A stretch of DNA of 64,000 bases from Vicugna vicugna (lineage: Eukaryota), in assembly GCA_013265495.1 (NCBI GenBank), contig MU057744.1:746001-810000 (forward strand). The letters run 5' to 3'. Position 1 is the stretch's first letter, and each line of letters opens with the position of its first letter. The notes beneath the pieces were generated by a model. That model searched no databases and had not been told where the DNA came from. It saw nothing but the letters and a program-made list of their open reading frames with translations. The translations under genes and the position numbers were made by a program. Shown piece by piece: positions 42,701-51,700 of the stretch.

Positions 42701-45700
42701 AACAACCCAATTAAAAGATGAGCAAAGGATGTGACCAGACACATCATCAAAGAAGGTACACAAATAGCCCGTAAGTACAGGAAAAGATGCTCAACATCAT
42801 TAGCTCCAGGAAATGCAAGTCAAAACCACCACGAGTATGAGCTGTAGCGGAAAAGAATCTGGGGGGAAAAAAAAAATATATATATATATATGACTATGTA
42901 TAATTGAATCACTTTGCTGTACACCTGAAACTAACACTGTAACTTGACTACACTTTGATGAAAAATATGAATTAGAAAAACAAAACCACTATGAGCTACC
43001 ACCTCACACCCACGAGGATGCCTAAAATCAAATCAGATAACAACAAGTGTTGGCGATGATGTGGAGAAATCGGAACACTCACACATTGCTGGCAGGAATG
43101 CAAAATGGTGCAGCCCCTTTGAAAAATGGTTTGATGGTTCCTCAAAATGTTACACATGGAGTGACCACATGACCTAGCAATTCCACTCCTCGGTATATGC
43201 CCGAGAGGCCCGAAAGCAGATGTCCGCACAAAAATCTGGACACACGAACATTCAAAGTAGCCTGATTCACAACAGCCAGGAAGGAGAAACAAACTGAATA
43301 TCCACCCATGAACCTCTGGATGGACAAATATAACAACAGAATATTATTCAGCCATAGAAGAATGAAGAACTGATATGAGCTGCCATGTGGATGGACCTTG
43401 AAAACGTTCTGCTCAGTGAAAGAAGCCAGTCACAGAAAGTCACATGTTGTATGATTCTATTTGTGTGAAGTTTCCAGAGCAGACAAGTCCGTAGAGACAG
43501 ACAGCAGATTAGCGGTTGCCAGGGACAGGGGAGTGGGGGCGGTGGGGGGGGTGACAGCTGAAGTGTACCAGGTTTGTCTGGGGGTGAGCAAAACATCTGG
43601 GACTTAGACAGTGGTGACGGCTGCACAACTCCCTGGATATACAAAAAAAACACTGAATTGTATGCTTTAAAGGGGTGAATCTTATGCCATGTGAAGTATG
43701 TCTCACAAAGCTGTTATTTAGAAAATCAAGGAGGTGTATAAAACAAGGGGGATGTGTACACACATACGCTTGTGCTTGTGAGAGTCTCTCTGCATGGAGA
43801 TAAAGCATTTTCATGAATAGCGACTGTCTCTGGGGAGAGAACTCCAGGGCCGGAGGCCAGGGTAGGAAGGAAACGCCCTTTAACACTGTTTTTACAATTT
43901 TTTTTAAACCATTGCATTGTCTTACTATTCCTTTAATTTAATTATAAATAAAATTCTACATGTTTACTAAATTTAAAAATAAAATTAATTTTAAAATAAA
44001 ATTCTGCATGTTTACTAAATTTAAAACAATGTTTAACCTGAGTATTTTCAAAATTAGCCGTTTGCAGAAAATACAGAGATGGAATAACAGGCTAACGACG
44101 TTCCAGAGAAACTGTCAGATGCAGAAGCGGGACGTCCTACAGGACACTCGCACCGCCGCGTAAATGAACTGATCAATCAAGAGAGGGAGGGCGTTAGTCA
44201 AGATTAAAGACACCAGAGAGTCACAGCCCATGTAATGCTTGTCCTCTTTTGGACCCCAGTCTGCATAAATCCAGCTGCCAAGGACAGCTCTGGGAATACT
44301 GGAGAAATCTGACCAGGCAGAAACTGATGATAGGAAATTATTATTGACCTTAAGTGTGATCGTACCAAATTAATACTGACTTTGTTAAGTGGTTATATAG
44401 GGAAAGGCTCTTACTGCTTTGGGAATGCATATAAAGTACCTTGTGATGTCAGGTCATGAGACTATATACTTTGGATACAGAGGTAAAGGGAAGTTAATCA
44501 AGCAAATAAGGAAAATGCTAACAATTGTTACACGTATGTAATGTGCCTACGGGAGTTGGTGATACTAATTTCTCCCCATTTTTGTGTGTGTTTGAAAACA
44601 TTTGTAATGAATTATAAAGTAGTAATTAAAGAAAAAAATTACCTAAGGACAAAGCAGTTGAGAAATCTGCTCCTTATGGCCCGAGAACCAACTTTCTTCA
44701 CAAGCGATGCAGTGGTCAGTGGCGGGACGCGGTGGTGGGTGGCGGGATGCAGTGGTGGGTGGCGGGACGCGGTGGTGGGTGGCAGGATGCAGTGATGAGC
44801 AGTTTGATGCAGCAGTAGGTGGTGTGATGCAGTGTCAGTGGGGTGAGCAGTAGTGAGTTCCAGGAGAGCAGGGACCACGTGTGATGTCACTCGTTGTGTA
44901 AGGCAGCCCCCACACACCTAGCCCAAAATTCTGTACATTACAGGACTGATAAGAAACTGTCAAGTGAATAAATGAATCAAGGGAGGGAAGAAATTGGTAC
45001 CCAGCGTGGCACGGTATAAAGATGGGAGTCGGAAGATCTGAGTTCAAGTTCCAACGCTGATACCAGCTGAGCGTATCCGCACAAGACCCTTAGATGTACG
45101 CACCAGTCTTCTCTCTAACGCCGGGCTTGAGTGTCGTGTGCCTGAGCGACCTCACAGGACTGTTGCCTGTCTCAGATGAAATAACATGAGCAAGCCCCCG
45201 GGCTTCCACCTCGGAAGAGTTCTGGAACCCACAATCCGTGTCCACACACCGTCACCACCTCACACCCGGACCTTGGAAACAGGTCTAGCCGTGGAATTCA
45301 CTCTTCCTCCTCCACACGCCGCTAAACGTCCTCCACCCAAGAGGCAGCATAATTGTTTAGAAATTCTTTATAATAAGACTTCTTATAAGGGAAGTTTGCA
45401 AACACACACTGAAGAATAGTACAATGAACCTCCACACAGTCATCAGTTGGTTCGCAAAATTAACCACATGCTCTGTTCTTCTTTTATCCTTCCTTCCATA
45501 CATGTGCATGTTTATTTTTTAATTTTTTGAAGTATTTTAAACACAATCTCAGACAACAAATGATTTCCCCCGTCAATAGTTCCATGTGGATCTCTTCTGG
45601 AGAGGCAGTTTGTCTCAAAGATGTCTTCCACAGCCACTTTGCTGCCATCAGGAACCAACAAGGGCCTCGCCCTGCATTCGGTTAACATGTCTCTTAAGCC

Positions 45701-48700
45701 TCTTTTAATCTCTACCAGTCCTCCCTCCCTTTCCTCTCATGCCATTTATTTGTTGAAGGAATGGGAATCTTTGAATGATCCAGCAATCCCAATCCTGGGC
45801 ATATATCCGGAGGAAACGCTAACTTGAAAAGATACATGCACCCCAGCATTCATAGCATCTCTATTTACAACAGCCAAGACATGGAAGCAACCTGAATGTC
45901 CATCGACAGATGACTGGATGAAGAAGATGTGGTATATACATTATATACACAATGGAATGCTTCTCAGCCATAAAAAAGAATGAAATAATGCCACTTGCAG
46001 CAACGTGGATGGACCTAGAGATGATCATAGTAAGCGAAGTAAGTCAGAGACAAAAACCATATACTAAGTCAGAGACAAAAACCATATACCACTTACATGT
46101 GAAATCTAAAAAAAATGATACAAATTCTATTTACAACCCTAAAATAGACTCACAGGCATGGAAAGGCCAAGATTAAAAAGGCCACTCAGAAGAGCAGTAC
46201 AGAAGTTGCCAGAAGACACGCTGAAAATGTGACCCACCGGAAGAACCAAGTAATCGGTTTCTCGAGCGTGAGCGCCGGGCTGACACTGCGGCAGGAGTTC
46301 ACCCTGTGGGCAAGGTGACAATTTGACGGTCGTGGGTGACGTCTGCAGATGCTGCACTGAGGGGCAAGAACTTTGAAGAGATGTTTGTGCTGATGGACAA
46401 ATGTGAACACCGGTTGGAAATGCTGGGTGTTCAGTCCCAACAAAGGGAAGCCACGGCGAGTGGCCCTGCACCCCTGACAGCACCGCAAACCAAGTGGATC
46501 TGCTGCTTCAGGGGAGGGCAGCTTTGGGAGTTCAGATTTGCAGACACACACAACTACATATAAACCAGGGGAACAGCAAGGTCCTACTGTACAGTGCAGG
46601 GAGCTACACTCAACACCTTGCAGTAACCGATAATGAAACAGAACGTGAAAGTCAATGTACGTATGTATATGTATGACCGAAACATGATGCTGTGCACCAG
46701 AAATGACACAACACTGTCAACTGACTTTACTTCAATTAAAAAAAAAAGAACGGCAGCTGAAGCTGGCCCTGATCTCAGATCGAAACAGCACAGGGACCAC
46801 TGGCTCTGCTGGTACCCAGGCTGTTTCGACAGAACAGGGGGATTTCTCAGAGGCTCCCTCGTCTGCACGACCAAGAGTAATTTTTAGATCTGGCGCTTCT
46901 GTTTACTTCACTTGCTTCTGATAAAAGACATTTTCACATCTTGAGGTCCTGGAAGTCATTCTGGCTTATACATGATGTAACTCAGATTTGATGCTAACTG
47001 AAACAGCCTGTTGGTGGCCTATCAAACATACACTGTACAGCTGCGTTCATTATTGGAGAAGAGGGCGCGGTGACCAGAAGTAAAGAATGTCTGTGTTGGA
47101 AATAAAGATTCCATGCCTCCCCTCCTGGGACCCCAGTGCTGGTCCTTTCTGATGGTAAGACTCCCCTCCCAGGTGCCGAGGCCACACACGGACTCACCAC
47201 GTACGTGCTGGCCTGCTTTGTCCTTGTTGCTGTTGTTCTGAAACCTAGGAGGGATATATCCCTGACTTGTCTGATGTTCTTTGTTCTGACAAGACGTAAC
47301 CCTGTGTTGGGAGCCCTGCTTCTCCAGAGCAGTTCCTCTGGGTCATCTGAGAGGCTGTCTTCCGGGTTATAGTCTTCAGTTTGGCTCAAATAACACTCTT
47401 CTATTCCTATTATAGATTGTTTATTGATTATTTTTGTCCACACTTCTAAAATATTTTGTGTGTATATACAGATAAATCACACTGAGAAACACCATATATG
47501 CCAGAAGGCTTGAACACTATTTTTTTTTAACTGAAGCACAGTGCATTATAGTGTTGTGTTAGCATCTGGTGTACTGCGTAGTGATTTGGTCATACATATA
47601 TGTATAGATAGATCCCTTTTCATATTCTTTTTCATTATAGGCTGTAACAGGATATTGAACATCGTTCCCCGTGCTGTACAGAAGGGCCTTGTTGTTTATT
47701 TTATATACAGTAGTGTGTATCTGCTAATCCCAAACTCTCAATTTATCCCTCCACCTCCAGCTTTCCCCCCTGGTAACCACAAGTTTGTTTTCTATGTCTG
47801 TGAGTCTGTTTCTGTTTTGTAAATAAGTCCATTTGTGTCATTTTAAACACGACTTGTACGCACACTTTCTTTTGCCTCGCTGTACTTCCCAGCACACTAA
47901 GAAACTGCAGGGAGTTTCCACCTTGACATAGTTTATGGTTCTGTATATTACGCATAAAAGTATGAGGGGCATATCTTCGTAGCTGTCGTTGACAAAGTAG
48001 CATCAGCTTGTTGTGTATGAAGCATCTTTTGCAAAAGTTACACCAAAAACCTAGCACCAAAGTCCTACAGAATAAAGCGTAGAATAAAGGTTTTGGTTAA
48101 AAAAGAAAAAGACACAATTAAAAAAAAAAGACATCTCTGCTCTCAGGGAAGAAGCAAACCCAGTTTTAGAGCATGTCACCCCAGGACCCCACTGCACTCA
48201 GTCTTCTCTTGCCTCACTGGCCACCCCCTTTCCGTCCCCACTGCTGGTTCCTCCTCTTTTCTCTGACCTGTGGGGGCCCCCCAGACCTCTCCTCTGTCTA
48301 CACATACTCCCTCGGTGGAGTTCACTTAGCTCTCCTGTTTTCAAGACCATCTGTGTGCCAGTGACTTCAAAATTTACATCCAAATCCCAGGCGTCCCTTC
48401 CAGACTCCAGGCTCCAGACTCAGACAGCCAACTGCCAACTTCATCCTGAATCCCCCGCTTAGTGAAGGACCACCTACATGCACCATATAACTTACCTATT
48501 CATTCTGCTTGCTTTCTTGCTCCCATCCCTCACTAGAATGTAAACTCCTTGAGGGCAGGATTTCGAATTAGAGTTTCCTCCTGATGTATGTCCAGGAGTG
48601 GGATTGCTGGATCTTTGGGTAAGTCTATTTTTAGTTTTTTTAAAGACTCTCCATACTGTTTTCCACAATGGCTGCAACAAACTACATTCCCACCAGCAGT

Positions 48701-51700
48701 GTAGGAGGGTTCCCTTTGAAAGCAAGTTTTGAGGAAAGTGAGCACCCTGTATTGACAGACAGGTTAGAGTAAAAGTGGGAAGAAAATCAGAAGATCTTGA
48801 AAGAGGAGTTAAATGCACCCTTCTAAGGAAAGATTCCTATATGTGAGTGGTAGAATGAAACTCAGTTTGTGGAAGACGTACGTGGGGTGTGTGTGTGAGA
48901 GAGAGACAGAGCAAACTTCTTAAATAATAACTAATTCATTTCTCCATCCTTATGAATCAAGACACAAATTATACCACATGCAATAAAATCACGTTCTAGA
49001 AATCCTCCTATTGGTCTGTAGGCGATCGGAGCTTTCAGTCAGCATGAGACGACCAGCAAGAGTAAACGGCGGAGACACAGCTCCACACGAAGGAGGAAAG
49101 CGCCTTTACCACCCTGCACAGCCTCACCGTGTTCTTGAAGAGCTCTCGCCTGCCCGGGAAGGTCGGGCCATCAGCCCAGGGGGTAGAGCTCCTGCAAAGT
49201 GCCCACCGGCTCAGTGAGCTGGCTGCAGTTTACAGACTGGTCCCTTCTCCACTCAGCCTACCCAGGATGGGGTCCAAAGAATGGCTTGTTTCATCACTGG
49301 GACAGTCACATGCCGACTCACCATTCAAAAATAAGAGGTTATTGGAGGGCGCGGGGAGGGTTGCACTCGGGGGTGGAGCACGTGCGTAGCATGCACGAGG
49401 TCCTGGGTTCCACCCCCGGTACCGCCTTGGGGAGACTCCGATCTTATCCTGCAGTGAGCCCGTCATGCCCCACAGGAGCAAGTCGGGGAACCAAGGTAGC
49501 TCCTTGCCCACCGTGGAACATTCCCCAGCAAAACCCTCTGCCTTTGAACAGCTCTCACATTAAGGCAGAGGCATGCGACGCTGAGATACCATTAGACCAG
49601 CAGCTCTTGAACATTCTGGTCTCCCTTATACTCTCAAAAATTATTAAAGAGCCCCCCTAGAAGCTTGCGTTTATGCTGATCAGTAGTTAGCGTATCGGAA
49701 ACTAAAACTGAGAAAACCCTAAATATCTATAATACTTCAACAATAATGAACTCATTACATGTTAACATATTTTTTTTTAATGAAAGTAAAACCCAAAAGC
49801 AGCGAGGGAGAGAAGTGTCGCTGCTTTGCATTTGTACAAGTCAGCCTGACGTCTGGCTTAGTGGAAGACAGCTGGATTCTCCCGTCTTCCGCGTTTGATC
49901 TGTCGTGACAGGTACCACGACGTGTGGAGGCATCACCCATCACATACCCTCTGGTGAGCTCACGATGTACATGAGGGCACGGAGTATGAAAAGCAAATTA
50001 CATTTTCGTTTTATCGGGGAAAGAGTTTTGACCTTGTGAGTTACTTGAAAAAGCCTCCAGGACACCCAGGAGTCCCCAGACCGCGCTGTGAGGACCGCTG
50101 AGTCGGGGCATCACTAACAGCACCCTTTCCAGGTCTCTGAACCCAGCGCTCAGACTGTTTCTTACTCTCCTATCTCCTCTTGTCAACTAGCGTCAGGGCT
50201 TCCACTCGCCTCCCAGCCTGACCACTCGCTTGAAGGTCTACAAGATCCAGGGCATCTCCACATTCCGGTCCCCAATGCCACAGACTCACCCTGGGTTACT
50301 GCCTTTCCCCTCAGGTCAGCCCCCTCAGCCATCTCCTCACTCTCAGTCCTCAGGACAAGAGCCCCTCCCTCCCTGCCTCCTCCGCCTCCGATGTGGGACT
50401 GGTCAGGATGCAGCTTAGATCCCCCAGGCTCACCCACTTCTCTCCTTGCCCCCCTTTCCTGTACGCTCTCATCCCCACGTCTGGACAAATCTGCAACTTA
50501 CCACACTGGTTCTCCTGCTCCCAAACTCTCCCTGTCTGTTTGTTCATGCTTTCTTGCAAACCACCCCCAGCCATGCCATTACCAAAGGGAAAAGAGTGGG
50601 GGAAGTGGGGAGGGATAAATTGGGAGTTCGGGATTTGCAGATACCAACTACTATATATAAAATAGATAAACAGCAGGACCCTACTGTATAGCACAGGGAA
50701 CTAAGTCCTACATCTGGTAATAACCTATAATGAAAAAGAATATATATGTGTATGACTGAACCACTATGTGGTATACCAGAAACCAACACACATAGTAAAT
50801 CAACTATTCTTCAATTAAAAAACAATTAAAAAAAAAAAAAGACGGGCATGCCTTGTGACCAGTGACAGACAGCGTAACCCACCAACCATCAGCATGGCCC
50901 TGACCCTCCATGTAATGGATTGCATCCTATGGCCCCACATGGTCACCTCTCCCTGTATCCATGCCTGTTGCCAGTCTCAGAACCCACTGACTCTGGGCTC
51001 AGCCATGAAACTGGCTTTAGTCCACAAGGACCCTAGCAGAGGCTTGAAAAAGCACTATGCACTTCTGCTCCTTATAGCTCTGACATCCCCCTGAAAAAGG
51101 ACATGCTTGAGCTGGCCCTCTGAAGCAACACTGCCTGACAGAATTTTTAGTGATGATGGACACATTCCACAGCAGCACTGTCCAATCTAGTAACCACTAG
51201 CCACCTGACGGTGCTGCACATTTGACATGTGGCTACTGTGACTCAAAAGCTGAAATTGTAATACTATTTAATTTTAATGAACTTAATTGAAAATAGCTAC
51301 ACAGGGTTCATGGCACCCATACCAGGCAAAACAGCTGTGGAGGATGAGAGACCCATGGAACAAAACCAAATCACCCCAGTTTCTCCCGCTGAAGCCACCC
51401 TAAACCAGCCCACCACCTGCTGATTCCAGACACGTAAGCAACAAACAAATGCTTATTGTTACATGCCACTGAGGTCTTGTGGTTGTTTGTTACACAGCAA
51501 GAGCTAGCTGATAGATCTCCTGACCCCACCTGCCTACCCAGACAGAACCCTCCTATTCCAACAAATGGGATCATAGCCCTCACTCTCCCAGCATATGCCA
51601 AGGTTCTTCCCATCCTCACACATTTGCTCCTGCAGTACCTCCCACCCCGAATGGCCTCTCCAGTACCCCCTTTACCAGCTAAAACTGGACCTCTCTTTCA

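Larger units (their letters stand above)
46163..48129 (+). pseudogene. CHMP1B: CHMP1B-family (ESCRT-III) processed pseudogene, 5'-truncated and interrupted; CDS-derived parts 46163-46512 and 46748-46880, probable 3'UTR and poly(A) to about 48129
   Basis: Translates as [79 protein letters not shown] / [32 protein letters not shown]. This is collinear with CHMP1B (KAKIKKAIQKGNMEVARIHAENAIRQKNQ..ALMDKFEHQFETLDVQTQQ..QVDMLLQEMADEAGLDL..SQRLARLRDQV*). It is intronless with frameshifts and a stop. AATAAA at 48071 and 48083, A-rich tail at 48099-48129. Confidence 0.9.

Noticed and set aside
46336..46563. Functional CHMP1B retrogene
   Set aside because: Lacks the N-terminus and has frameshifts, an in-frame stop and an L1 insertion within the CDS.
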